In this document: one piece after another, positions 9,337 through 18,967 of the stretch
Position numbering within the stretch: position 1 is the first letter of the stretch
Layout: every line of letters starts with the position of its first letter
DNA from: Iamia sp.
GTDB lineage: Bacteria; Actinomycetota; Acidimicrobiia; Acidimicrobiales; Iamiaceae
Direction of reading: 5' to 3'
NCBI GenBank assembly: GCA_052038315.1
Contig: JBQGCF010000064.1
Span: 3,289-67,288 of the forward strand
Length of the DNA: 64,000 nucleotides
Program-made: the position numbers and the translations under genes
Notes under the pieces: generated by a model
Seen by the model: only the letters and a program-made list of their open reading frames with translations
The model's database searches: none
What the model was told of the DNA's origin: nothing

Positions 9337-11474
9337 TGCCCACCACCACCGAGGTCGAGGCCCGTCTCCGCCGCACCGCGGCAGCCTGCGAGCCCCTCGT
9401 CGAGGACCTCCTCGGCGAGCCCCCCACCACCGTCGTCGTCCCGCTCGGCGGGCGTCGCCGACGGCCCGCCCGCATCGGGCTGGTCGCCGCCGCCGTGCTG
9501 CTCGTCGTGGCCCTGGCCGGCGTCGCCCTGGCCGTCGGCCGCGACGAGCCCGCCGCCGACGTCAGCGCCGAGGGCGGCACGCCGTCCACCACCGCCGCAC
9601 CAGCGGCATCGGGCGAGCGCCTGGTCCTCACGCTGGCCGACGGCACCCGGCTCGGGGTCGGCCTGCCCGACCTCGACCGCTGGTCGCCCGCCGGCGCCCA
9701 GCTCCAGGTCGCGATCGACGGCGTGGCGCCGCCGGTCCTCGTCGACCTCGAGCAGGCGAGCCTGGAGGAGATCGGGTCCCGGCTGGGCGGCGCGCCCCAG
9801 GTCGAGGAGCGGGGCCCGGGCGTGACCCTGCTCGTCGGCGGCCAGGTCAGCGTCCTGGTGGTCGAGCAGGACGGCTGGTCCGCCGTCGTGACCGTGGCCG
9901 CCGCCGGCCGCCCCGAGGCCGACCTCCCCGCCGCGGCCGTCGACGCCCTCGCCGAGGGGCTGGACTTCGCCGTGACCGACGGGGGGCCGGTCGACCTCAC
10001 CGGTCCCGGTCTCACCGTGCTCGACGTGTCCCAGCTCGTCGAGCGCACGACGCCCGACGGTGAGACGGCCACCATCGTGATCACCCGCAACGACGTCGGC
10101 TCCCCGCCCGCCTGCGACCTCGACGCGGAGACCGAGCGCTGCATCGCCGGCTTCGAGGTGGGTGCCATCGGGGCGGCGGCGGAGGCCGCCCTGCCGGACG
10201 TGACCCTGGTGGTGCTCGACGACTCCGCGCCCGCCGTCGGCGAGCTCGACGTGGCCCTGCCGTACGGCACGACCCTCCCGCTGGACGTGCCGGGCGAGTG
10301 GGTGGTCGTCGGGGCCGGGGCATCGGTCCAGGTCAACGGGCTCCCCGAGGACGGCACCGCGGAGGTCACCTTCGTGCCCCGCTCCCTGGCCGACCACCTG
10401 GCCGCCGAGGGGCTGGCCCTGGCCGAGGAACGGGGCCCGGACCGGGGGGTCGTGTCCACCACCCCGCAGTCCCGTGTCGTCGCCTCCATCGACGGGTGGA
10501 CGGCCGACGTCGTCTACGCCGATCCCGAGCCGATCGACGTCCTCCGGTTCGCAGCCGACGAGATCCGGTTCCGGGTCACCGACGGCGGGCCCACGGACAT
10601 GAGCGGCCCGGGCCTGGCCCCGGAGGTGACCGAGTCGGTCGTGCTGGCCCCCGTCGGGGGCGCGTCCGACGACCGGTTGGAGATCCACCGCGAGCGGGGC
10701 CGGACGATCGCGGCCTGCGCCGGTGACCTCGTCGACGCCCGCTGCCTGGCCGACGACACCCTGCTGGTCGAGGCCACCGGCCCGGACGCGGTCGCCGCCC
10801 TGGACGGCCTGGCCCTGGCCGGTGAGCCCGACGCGCCCGGCGAGCCCGGCACCGAGGTCTCGAGCACCCTCACGCTGTCGCTGCTCGACGGGACCGCCGT
10901 GGAGCTGGGGCTGTTCGAGGACCGGGACTGGGGCGGGGCGCCGTCGACGGCGTCGGCCCGCCTCGCCATCGACGGGGTCGAGGGCGAGCACACCGTCGAG
11001 GTCGGGCCGGGCACGATCGACGAGTGGGTGGCCGGGGCCCGGACCCCGGCGACCACCGCCCCGACGGCGACGGCCGGCGCGGTGCTGGCGACCGTCGGGG
11101 ACGACGTGACCCTCCTCGCCGGCCGGCACGGCGTCCTCCTCGCCACCGTCCCGGTGCGGCGGGACGGCGTCGACCGGCTCCCGCCGGACGTGGTCGAGGC
11201 CCTGGCCGCCGCGCTGGTCGTCCCGGCCGACGGGGCGCCCACGCCGATCGCCGGCCCCGGCATCACGGTCGTCTCGGCCACCGCCGAGCTGGTCGCCGGG
11301 GCGCCGGAGCCCGACGTCGTCCTGACCGCCACGGTCGGGGCCGACGCCGAGGCGATCTGCGCCGAGCCCGAGGACGGGGTGCGCTGCGTGGACGGGGTGG
11401 CCCTCGAGCCGGCCACCGAAGCCGACCGCGAGCTGGTCGAGCAGACCGAGGTCACGGTCACCTGGTCGGCCTGA
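9336..11474 (+). CDS. Putative membrane anti-sigma factor with three tandem extracellular repeats
   Basis: TGATG coupling to the sigma gene; short cytoplasmic N-terminus, RRRR then TM helix, then three ~210-aa repeats each ending in a Cys pair. Confidence 0.7.
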   Translation: MPTTTEVEARLRRTAAACEPLVEDLLGEPPTTVVVPLGGRRRRPARIGLVAAAVLLVVALAGVALAVGRDEPAADVSAEGGTPSTTAAPAASGERLVLTLADGTRLGVGLPDLDRWSPAGAQLQVAIDGVAPPVLVDLEQASLEEIGSRLGGAPQVEERGPGVTLLVGGQVSVLVVEQDGWSAVVTVAAAGRPEADLPAAAVDALAEGLDFAVTDGGPVDLTGPGLTVLDVSQLVERTTPDGETATIVITRNDVGSPPACDLDAETERCIAGFEVGAIGAAAEAALPDVTLVVLDDSAPAVGELDVALPYGTTLPLDVPGEWVVVGAGASVQVNGLPEDGTAEVTFVPRSLADHLAAEGLALAEERGPDRGVVSTTPQSRVVASIDGWTADVVYADPEPIDVLRFAADEIRFRVTDGGPTDMSGPGLAPEVTESVVLAPVGGASDDRLEIHRERGRTIAACAGDLVDARCLADDTLLVEATGPDAVAALDGLALAGEPDAPGEPGTEVSSTLTLSLLDGTAVELGLFEDRDWGGAPSTASARLAIDGVEGEHTVEVGPGTIDEWVAGARTPATTAPTATAGAVLATVGDDVTLLAGRHGVLLATVPVRRDGVDRLPPDVVEALAAALVVPADGAPTPIAGPGITVVSATAELVAGAPEPDVVLTATVGADAEAICAEPEDGVRCVDGVALEPATEADRELVEQTEVTVTWSA

Positions 11475-11541
11475 TCGATCGGGCGGGAACCCGACCCCCT
11501 GGTACCGTGCGCCGGCTCGTCAACCGGTACCAGGGGGTCCC

Positions 11542-13764
11542 GTGTCGCCGCTCGATCGTCGTCGCTTCCTGCTGGGCGCGGCCGGTACCGCCGGTCTGAT
11601 CGCCCTCGCCTCGTGCTCGTCGTCCGACGACGACGGGGACGGAGGGCGCGGCCCCGAGGACGACGAGCCGACGACCGAGGGCGGGGGTGCGTCCCCCGTC
11701 GCGGCGGTCGGGTCGGCCGGGCTGGTCGACGAGGACCTCTGGCAGCAGCGGGTCGAGGAGTACCTCGCCTTCGCCGGCGCCGAGGAGCACCCCGACAACC
11801 CGACCGGCATCGCCGTCCACCTGATCCGGGCCCGCCGGGACGAGGCCTACACGTGGGGCCGCGACGACGTGAGCGTCGACTCCCTCGCCGACGTCTTCCA
11901 GATGATCGACGACTGGGAGGACACCCGCGACTTCAACCTCATGTACTTCCACTGGCTGTGGGCGCTCGGCCAGGGCGACACCGACATGACGTCGCTGCCC
12001 CAGCCGGTGCTCGACGCCATCCAGGAGCGGTTCGTGGCCAACCGCTACCGCTACGACGACCCGCTGCCCGACGATCGCCTCGACAACCTGTGGTACTGGT
12101 CGGAGAACCACCGGCTGATCGGCCTGGCGATCGAGTACCTGGCCGGCCAGGCCTTCCCCGAGGAGACCTTCGCCGTCACCGGCCTCACCGGTGCCGAGCA
12201 CCTCGAGCGGTCGCGCCAGCCGATCCTCGACTGGATCGACGAGCGGGCCCGGTTCGGCTTCTTCGAGTGGCACAGCAACGTCTACATGCTCAAGAACATC
12301 AGCCCGCTCACGATGCTCGTCGAGCTGGCCGACGACCCCGAGATCGCCGCCGCCGCGGCCATGGCCCTCGACCTGTGCCTGGCCGACGTGGCCGCCCACC
12401 TCCAGGTCGGCAGCTACTGCGCGCCGCACGGGCGGACGTACAAGAAGGACAAGATGACGGCCCGCCACGAGGCCACCTTCGGCTCGGCCAAGCTGCTCTT
12501 CGCCGACACCGACCTGGAGTACCAGTCCCGGACCGACACCGGTGCGACCTACCTGGCCGGGGCCGAGCGCTACCGGGTGCCGCAGGCCCTGATCGACGTG
12601 GCCACGTCGGAGGAGACCAGCGTGGTGCGCGAGCGCCACGGGATCTACGTCGACTCGGGCGCGCCGATCACCGACGAGGTCGAGGCGCCGTACGGCTACG
12701 ACTTCGAGGACCCGGCCAACATGCCCTTCTGGTGGTCGCTCGGTGCGGTCGGCATGTGGCAGACCACGCGGGTGAGCGTGGCCGAGGCCGAGGAGCACCG
12801 GCTCTGGGACACCGAGCTGTTCACCGAGATCAAGGTGCTGGCCGACCTCAACGGGCGCGACCCCGAGCGCATCCGGGAGTGGGTCCGCGAGCGCCGGGCG
12901 GTCGTGAACTTCGGCTTCCTGTCCGAGGCCAACACCTACGCCTGGCGCAGCTCGAAGGTGTCGCTGGCGTCGGTGGTCGACCACCGCTTCGGCGAGATGC
13001 GCGACCAGGCCCACGCCTGGAACGCGCAGATAGACGCCGACGCCCTCGTGTTCACGACCCACCCGGTGACCGACGTCGACGAGAGCACCGAGTGGCGGGA
13101 CGACGGCGAGCCCGGGTACTGGACGGGCGAGGCGTCGATGCCCCGCTCGGCCCAGCACGAGCGCACCGCCGTGCACATCTACCAGCCGGCCTGGGACGAG
13201 AGCACCGACTCGCTGCTGTGGGGCGTGTTCGGCTACCGGCCCTTCACCCACGCCTACTTCCCGCAGGACCGCTTCGACGAGGTCGTCCAGCAGGGCGGCT
13301 GGGTCGTCGGCGCCAAGGCCGGGGGCTACATCGCCCTGTGGTCGTGGCGGGCGCCGACGTGGCGGGAGTACGACCCCGCCGTGTCCGCCACCGACGGCAT
13401 GGCCCAGCCCTTCGACCTGGTCGCCGAGGGCGGGCCCGACAACGTCTGGATCGTCGAGGTCGGCACCGACGACGACTTCGCCACGCTCGAGGACTTCCTC
13501 GCCGCCGTCTCCGCCTCCGAGCCGGTGGTCGAGCGGACCGACGAGGGCTTCACGGTCGCGTGGGAGTCGCCCTCCTCGGGGGCGATCGGCTTCGGCTCGA
13601 CGGCGCCGTTCACCGTCGGCGGCGACGAGGTCTCGCTGGCGGAGTTCCCGCGCCACGAGTCGCCCTGGGGCACGATCGACCACCTCGACCCCACCTTCAC
13701 CCTCGAGCCCGGCGCCAGCCGCCTCGCCCTCGACTTCGAGGCCGGCACCCGCGACCTGGCGTGA
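11542..13764 (+). CDS. Tat-exported lipoprotein of unknown function (possible heparinase II/III-like fold)
   Basis: DRRRFL twin-Arg signal plus LASC lipobox; aromatic motifs WYWSENH, GFFEWHSNVY, PHGRTY, YWTG..SMPRSAQ. Confidence 0.7.
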   Translation: MSPLDRRRFLLGAAGTAGLIALASCSSSDDDGDGGRGPEDDEPTTEGGGASPVAAVGSAGLVDEDLWQQRVEEYLAFAGAEEHPDNPTGIAVHLIRARRDEAYTWGRDDVSVDSLADVFQMIDDWEDTRDFNLMYFHWLWALGQGDTDMTSLPQPVLDAIQERFVANRYRYDDPLPDDRLDNLWYWSENHRLIGLAIEYLAGQAFPEETFAVTGLTGAEHLERSRQPILDWIDERARFGFFEWHSNVYMLKNISPLTMLVELADDPEIAAAAAMALDLCLADVAAHLQVGSYCAPHGRTYKKDKMTARHEATFGSAKLLFADTDLEYQSRTDTGATYLAGAERYRVPQALIDVATSEETSVVRERHGIYVDSGAPITDEVEAPYGYDFEDPANMPFWWSLGAVGMWQTTRVSVAEAEEHRLWDTELFTEIKVLADLNGRDPERIREWVRERRAVVNFGFLSEANTYAWRSSKVSLASVVDHRFGEMRDQAHAWNAQIDADALVFTTHPVTDVDESTEWRDDGEPGYWTGEASMPRSAQHERTAVHIYQPAWDESTDSLLWGVFGYRPFTHAYFPQDRFDEVVQQGGWVVGAKAGGYIALWSWRAPTWREYDPAVSATDGMAQPFDLVAEGGPDNVWIVEVGTDDDFATLEDFLAAVSASEPVVERTDEGFTVAWESPSSGAIGFGSTAPFTVGGDEVSLAEFPRHESPWGTIDHLDPTFTLEPGASRLALDFEAGTRDLA

Positions 13765-13786
13765 GGCCGTTCGCTACCGTTTGCCG

Positions 13787-15172
13787 ATGATCGACACCGA
13801 TGTGCTCCTGAAGGACCTGGCCGAGGTCGTCGGCGCCGAGCACGTCACCAGCGACGACGCCATCGGGGAGGACGACACCCACGACGAGGCGCTCACCGCC
13901 GCGTGGGTCACCCCGCTGGCCGTCGTGCGGCCCGGCACCACCGACGAGGTCGTCGCCGTGCTGAAGGCCTGCGACGAGGCCGGCGTGCCGGTCACGGCGC
14001 GGGGCTCGGGCACCGGCCTGTCGGGGGCGGCCATCCCGGTCGAGGGCGGCATCGTCGTGGCCTTCGACCGGATGCGGGCGATCCTCGAGATCGACGCCGA
14101 GAACCACATGGCGGTCGTGCAGCCGGGCATCACCCTGGCCGAGCTGGACGAGGCCCTGCTGCCCCACGGCCTCGTCTACCCGGTGTTCCCGGGCGAGAAC
14201 AGCGCCAGCCTGGGCGGCAACGTCAACACCAACGCCGGCGGCATGCGCGCCGTGAAGTACGGCGTCACCCGCAACCACGTCCTCGGGCTGGAGGCGGTGC
14301 TCCCGTCGGGCGAGGTGCTCCGCACCGGCGGCAAGGTCGTGAAGTCGTCCACCGGCTACGACCTGACCCAGCTGATCATCGGCTCCGAGGGCACCCTCGC
14401 CCTGGTCACCGAGATCACGCTGAAGCTCCAGCCCCGCATGCCCCACCAGGCCACCGTGCTGGCCCCCTTCGCCACCCTCGACGAGGTCACCCGCGTCGTG
14501 CCCGAGGTGGTGCGCAGCGGCGTCGGCCCGATGATCGTCGAGTACATCGACCTGATGACGATGGCCGCCGCCACCCAGTTCGTCGGGCTCGACCTGGGCA
14601 TCCCCCAGGAGATCAAGGACACCGCCCTCGCCTACCTGGTGATCGTGGTCGAGGGGCGCACCGAGGAGCGGGTCGAGGAGGACACCGCCATGGTCGCCGA
14701 GATGCTGGCCGCGGCCGGCTCGCTCGACGTCTACGTGCTCCCGCCGGCCGCCGGCGCCGGGCTGATCGACGCCCGCGAGAAGGCCTTCTGGGTGGCCAAG
14801 GCCAACGGCGCCAACGACATCCTCGACGTGGTCGTGCCCCGCGCCTCGATCCCCGAGTACCTGGCCAAGGTGAGCGAGATCGCCAGCGCCAGCGGGTCGT
14901 GGATCGCCGGCTGCGGCCACGCCGGCGACGGCAACGTCCACCTGTCGATCTTCCAGGCCGACCCCGAGGTCCGCAAGGACACGCTGCGGCAGGTCTTCCA
15001 GGCCGGCATGGACGTCGGCGGCGCCATCTCGGGCGAGCACGGCATCGGCACCGAGAAGCAGCACCTGTTCCTCGAGCTGGAGGACCCGGCCAAGATCGCC
15101 CTGATGCGGCGGATCAAGGCCGCCTTCGACCCCAACGGGACCCTCAACCCCGGCACCCTGCTCGACGCCTGA
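13787..15172 (+). CDS. FAD-linked oxidoreductase (GlcD/D-2-hydroxyacid dehydrogenase family)
   Basis: RGSGTGLSG, SLGGNVNTNAGG, GSEGTL, GHAGDGNVH, ISGEHGIG, DPNGTLNPG. Confidence 0.9.
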   Translation: MIDTDVLLKDLAEVVGAEHVTSDDAIGEDDTHDEALTAAWVTPLAVVRPGTTDEVVAVLKACDEAGVPVTARGSGTGLSGAAIPVEGGIVVAFDRMRAILEIDAENHMAVVQPGITLAELDEALLPHGLVYPVFPGENSASLGGNVNTNAGGMRAVKYGVTRNHVLGLEAVLPSGEVLRTGGKVVKSSTGYDLTQLIIGSEGTLALVTEITLKLQPRMPHQATVLAPFATLDEVTRVVPEVVRSGVGPMIVEYIDLMTMAAATQFVGLDLGIPQEIKDTALAYLVIVVEGRTEERVEEDTAMVAEMLAAAGSLDVYVLPPAAGAGLIDAREKAFWVAKANGANDILDVVVPRASIPEYLAKVSEIASASGSWIAGCGHAGDGNVHLSIFQADPEVRKDTLRQVFQAGMDVGGAISGEHGIGTEKQHLFLELEDPAKIALMRRIKAAFDPNGTLNPGTLLDA

Positions 15173-15217
15173 TCGTCGACCCGCCCTCACACCGCCCTCA
15201 CCCCAAGGAGATCGCCG

Positions 15218-16774
15218 ATGAACGGCGCGCAGTCCCTCATCCGCACGCTCGTCAACTGCGGCGTCGACGTCTGCTTCACCAACCCCGGCACGTCGGAGAT
15301 GCACTTCGTCGCCGCCCTCGACGACGTGCCCGAGATGCGGGGCATCCTCGGCCTGTTCGAGGGCGTCGTCACCGGCGCCGCCGACGGCTACGCCCGGGTC
15401 AGCGGCAAGCCGGCCGCCACCCTGCTCCACCTCGGCCCCGGCCTGGCCAACGGCTGGGCCAACCTCCACAACGCCCGCCGGGCCCACACCCCGCTGGTCA
15501 ACATCGTCGGCGACCACGCCCTGCCCCACAAGCAGCTCGACGCCCCGCTGGAGAGCGACATCGAGGCCATCGCCCGGGCCGTCTCCGGCTGGGTCCGCAC
15601 CACCACCTCGAGCGACCAGGTCGCCCTCGACGCCGCCGACGCGGTGACCGCCAGCCAGGAGGGCCCGGGCCAGATCGCCACCCTGATCCTGCCGGCCGAC
15701 GTCTCCTGGTCCGACGCCCGCGGCCCGGCCGAGCCCACCGCCCCGGCGGCCCCCGCCGCGCCGCAGGAGCACCGCATCTCGGCCGTGGCCGACGCCCTCC
15801 GCTCGGGCGAGCCGGCCGCCTTCCTCGTCGGCGGGCGCGTCGTCCGCACCGAGGAGGGCCTCGTCGCCGCGGCCCGCGCCGCCGCGGGTGGCGGCGCCAA
15901 GCTGCTGTGCGAGACCTTCCCGCCCCGCCTGCGCCGCGGCGCCGGGCTCCCCGCCGTGGAGCGGCTCGGCTACCTGGCCGAGTTCGCCGAGATGCAGCTC
16001 GCCGGGCTGCGCCACCTGATCGTGGTCGACTGCAAGGAGCCGGTCTCGTTCTTCGCCTACCCGGGCAAGGCCAGCGTCCTGACCCCCGAGGGCTGCCAGG
16101 TCCACCGCATCGACGAGGGCGGGGTCGACCCGGTCGCCGCCCTCACCGCCCTGGCCGACGCACTCGGCGCCCCGGCCGAGGTCGCCCGCCAGGAGGCGTC
16201 CCGCCCGGCCGCTCCCACCGGCGACCTCACCGCCCAGACGATGGCCGAGGCCCTCGGCCACCTCCTCCCCGAGGGCGCCATCGTCTCCGACGAGGGCAAC
16301 ACCGCCGGCCTGTTCGTCTCCGGCTTCACCGCCGGCTGCCCGCAGCACGACTGGCTCACCCTCACCGGCGGGTCGATCGGCCAGGGCATGCCCGTCGCCA
16401 CCGGCGCCGCGGTGGCCGCCCCGGACCGCAAGGTGATCAACCTCCAGGCCGACGGCTCGGCGCTGTACACGATCCAGTCGCTGTGGACCCAGGCCCGCGA
16501 GGGCCTCGACGTCACCACGATCATCCTCAACAACCAGAGCTACGCCATCCTCAACATGGAGCTGGCCCGGGTCGGCGCCGGCGACCCCGGTCCCGCCGCC
16601 CTGTCGATGCTCGATCTCACCAACCCGGTCACCGACTTCTGCTCGGTGGCCCAGGGCTTCGGCATCCCCGCCGAGCGGGCCACCGACGCCGAGGGCTTCA
16701 CCGCCGCCCTGGAGCGGGCCCTCGCCGTCCCCGGCCCCGCCCTCGTCGAGGCGATCCTCCCCCCGACCCTCTGA
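15218..16774 (+). CDS. Thiamine-diphosphate-dependent enzyme (acetolactate synthase large subunit-like)
   Basis: FTNPGTSEMHFV, LFEGVVTGAADGY, TLLHLGPG, ThDP motif ADGSALYTIQ...NNQSY. Confidence 0.9.
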   Translation: MNGAQSLIRTLVNCGVDVCFTNPGTSEMHFVAALDDVPEMRGILGLFEGVVTGAADGYARVSGKPAATLLHLGPGLANGWANLHNARRAHTPLVNIVGDHALPHKQLDAPLESDIEAIARAVSGWVRTTTSSDQVALDAADAVTASQEGPGQIATLILPADVSWSDARGPAEPTAPAAPAAPQEHRISAVADALRSGEPAAFLVGGRVVRTEEGLVAAARAAAGGGAKLLCETFPPRLRRGAGLPAVERLGYLAEFAEMQLAGLRHLIVVDCKEPVSFFAYPGKASVLTPEGCQVHRIDEGGVDPVAALTALADALGAPAEVARQEASRPAAPTGDLTAQTMAEALGHLLPEGAIVSDEGNTAGLFVSGFTAGCPQHDWLTLTGGSIGQGMPVATGAAVAAPDRKVINLQADGSALYTIQSLWTQAREGLDVTTIILNNQSYAILNMELARVGAGDPGPAALSMLDLTNPVTDFCSVAQGFGIPAERATDAEGFTAALERALAVPGPALVEAILPPTL

Positions 16775-16815
16775 ACCCACCGCTCCGTCGTCGGGGCCAG
16801 GGTTAGCCTGGCACC

Positions 16816-17055
16816 GTGGCCTTCACGATCCGCTTCGACGGAGCGGTCGCCGACGCGCTCCAGCGCCGGGCAGCGGCCGAGGATCGTCCCGTCGAGGACC
16901 TCGTGCACGAGCTGGTCAGCGACCACGTCGCCCGGTCCGCGTCGCCCGACCTCGCAGCGCAGATCGAGCAGGCTCGCACCGACGACGATGTCACGTCCCG
17001 TCTCGCCCAGCTCGTCGACCGCGACCGCGAGATCCTCGACCGCCTGGCCGAGTGA
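16816..17055 (+). CDS. Antitoxin (ribbon-helix-helix/CopG-like) of a Doc-type TA module
   Basis: 79 aa; FTIRFDGAVADALQRRAAAEDRP; C-terminal DREILDRLAE; GTGA overlap with the toxin gene. Confidence 0.7.
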   Translation: MAFTIRFDGAVADALQRRAAAEDRPVEDLVHELVSDHVARSASPDLAAQIEQARTDDDVTSRLAQLVDRDREILDRLAE

Positions 17056-17337
17056 GGTACCTCACCCTGGCCGAGGCGATGCTGATCGCCGAGGCGGTGA
17101 CCGGGATCGAGGTCCGCACCCTTCTCCGGGCGAGCCGGCTGGACCTCCTCGACTCGGCCTTGCACGCTCCGGCTGCGGGCTTCGGCGAGGTCGACCTCTA
17201 CCCGGACCTCGTCGACAAGGCTGCCGTGCTCACCGCGAGCCGAGGTCGATGGTGTCGTCGAGACGATGCTCGCCGTCGCGGCCGGGACGATGGACGAGGG
17301 CCTATTGGCGGCATGGATCCGAGGCCGCCTGCGCTAG
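17052..17337 (+). pseudogene. Fic/Doc (death-on-curing) toxin with internal deletion and frameshift
   Basis: MRYLTLAE...LLDSALHAPAAGFGEVDLYPDLVDKAAVL, then in another frame EVDGVVETMLAVAAGTMDEGLLAAWIRGRLR*. The HPxxDGNKR motif is missing. Confidence 0.75.
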
Positions 17338-17585
17338 CGGTCGAGGGCGCGGTCGGACTCCTCGTGGATCCGGGCCAGGGTGGCCCGGAGCCGGCGGATC
17401 TCGGCCTCGAGCCGGGCGATCCGCTCGTCGCGCTCGTCGCCGTCGGTCCCGTCCGGGTCCTCGGCGTCGGGTACGAGGTCGGGGACGGCGACCGGCCTCG
17501 GCCGGCCCTGGGCCCGGCCGAGCGCGGCCCGGGCCGCGGCCATGTTGCGCGCGAACCGCTCGTCGTCACCGATCGTCTCGGCCAC
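17334..17585 (-). CDS. Small hypothetical coiled-coil protein
   Basis: MAETIGDDERFARNM...RDERIARLEAEIRRLRATLARI; normal codon usage. Confidence 0.55.
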   Translation of the reverse strand: MAETIGDDERFARNMAAARAALGRAQGRPRPVAVPDLVPDAEDPDGTDGDERDERIARLEAEIRRLRATLARIHEESDRALDR

Positions 17586-17599
17586 GGAGGGACAGTTTG

Positions 17600-18370
17600 C
17601 TAGATCCCCTGCTTCCGGGCGCGGACGATCAGGGTGGGCGGGACCCAGGCCATGGCCTCGACCCACGCGGCCGGGGCCACCGCGTCCCGGCGGGCGGGGG
17701 GCTCGAGGAGGTGGTCGACCCGGAAGTTGGAGCGGGCCAGGGCGGTGAAGACGGTCGAGATGGTCCGGGGCGTGTCGGTGACCCGGTCGCCGCCCCGGTC
17801 GACGGTGTAGGGCGCGGTCTCGTGGTAGGCCCGCCGGGGCGTGGGCGGGTCGCCCTCCGAGCCGACCAGGTCGCGGGACCCGGCCACGAACATGGTGAAG
17901 GCGGGGTGCGGGAGGGTGAAGACCAGCGGCGCCTCCTGGCGCAGCACCCGGTGGACCTGGCGGAAGACGCGGTCGAGGTCGGGCACCTCGGCCAGGGCGT
18001 AGGCCGACCAGGCCAGGTCGATCCCGTCGCCCCGCACGAAGGCCAGCTCGGCCAGCCCGGCGTGCTGCAGCTCGATCTTGACGCCGGCCCGGTCGGCGGC
18101 GTCGCGGGCGACCTCCAGCTGCTCGGCCGAGGGGTCGACGGCGATCACCCGGGCGCCGGCCCGGGCGAAGGCGACCGCCGCGTGGCCGGCCCCGCAGCCC
18201 AGGTCGAGGACCCGCTTGCCCTCCAGGTTGCCGAGCAGGCGGAGCTCCGCCTCGGAGGGGAGGCCGGGGCCGTAGGTGGCGACGTCGGTGGGCAGCGCCT
18301 GGCCGTCGGGGGCCGCCGCGGTGGGGCGTGACCAGGCCCGATCGGGTGTGCCGGGGGTTGCGTCGGACAT
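17600..18370 (-). CDS. Class I SAM-dependent methyltransferase
   Basis: VLDLGCGAG, VIAVDPS, HRVLR. Confidence 0.88.
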   Translation of the reverse strand: MSDATPGTPDRAWSRPTAAAPDGQALPTDVATYGPGLPSEAELRLLGNLEGKRVLDLGCGAGHAAVAFARAGARVIAVDPSAEQLEVARDAADRAGVKIELQHAGLAELAFVRGDGIDLAWSAYALAEVPDLDRVFRQVHRVLRQEAPLVFTLPHPAFTMFVAGSRDLVGSEGDPPTPRRAYHETAPYTVDRGGDRVTDTPRTISTVFTALARSNFRVDHLLEPPARRDAVAPAAWVEAMAWVPPTLIVRARKQGI

Positions 18371-18450
18371 GGTCCGAGTCTCGCCCGGCGGGTCCCGGGC
18401 ACCGCGGATGCGCCGGACCGAAGGGCGATGGGGGCGGGTAGCCTCGACCC

Positions 18451-18861
18451 GTGCCCTTCCGCCCCGACCAGATGCGCGGGTCGGGCTCCGGCGGTGGTCA
18501 GATCGACTACCGCCTGGCCCGGCGCCACCTGATCGCGGAGCACAAGCGCGGCCGTCTGGCCCGCCACGAGGTGTGCGACGCCCACCCCGAGCTGATGCGG
18601 GCGGCCCGCGAGGTCGGCGACGCCACCCGCACGCCGTGCCCGATCTGCGAGGAGGAGAAGCTCCACCTCGTCAGCTACGTCTTCGGCCCCCGCCTCCCGG
18701 CCTTCGGGCGCTGCATCACCAAGCGCTCCGAGCTCCAGGCCTTCGCCCGGCGCACTGGTCCCTACACCTGCTACGTCGTCGAGGTCTGCCCGGCCTGCGG
18801 CTGGAACCACCTGGCCCGGACCTGGACGCTCGGCAAACCGGCCCGGGCCGCCAGCGGCTGA
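18451..18861 (+). CDS. DUF5318 family protein
   Basis: IDYRLARR, EVCDAHPELMRAA, CPIC, YVVEVCPACGWNHL; located upstream of ponA as in other Actinobacteria. Confidence 0.82.
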   Translation: MPFRPDQMRGSGSGGGQIDYRLARRHLIAEHKRGRLARHEVCDAHPELMRAAREVGDATRTPCPICEEEKLHLVSYVFGPRLPAFGRCITKRSELQAFARRTGPYTCYVVEVCPACGWNHLARTWTLGKPARAASG

Positions 18862-18967
18862 CCGAGCCGATCGTCCCGCCCGACGGGATCGACGGGGGCG
18901 GGCACCGGTAGCATCTCCCGCTGGCCCGGCGGCGGACCCCGCTGCGACCCGAGCCCCCCTTCGCCTG

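Noticed and set aside
17052-17603. 183-aa intact toxin as listed in the ORF track
   Set aside because: After about residue 62 the frame is nonsensical and overlaps a minus-strand gene; the true C-terminus is in another frame.
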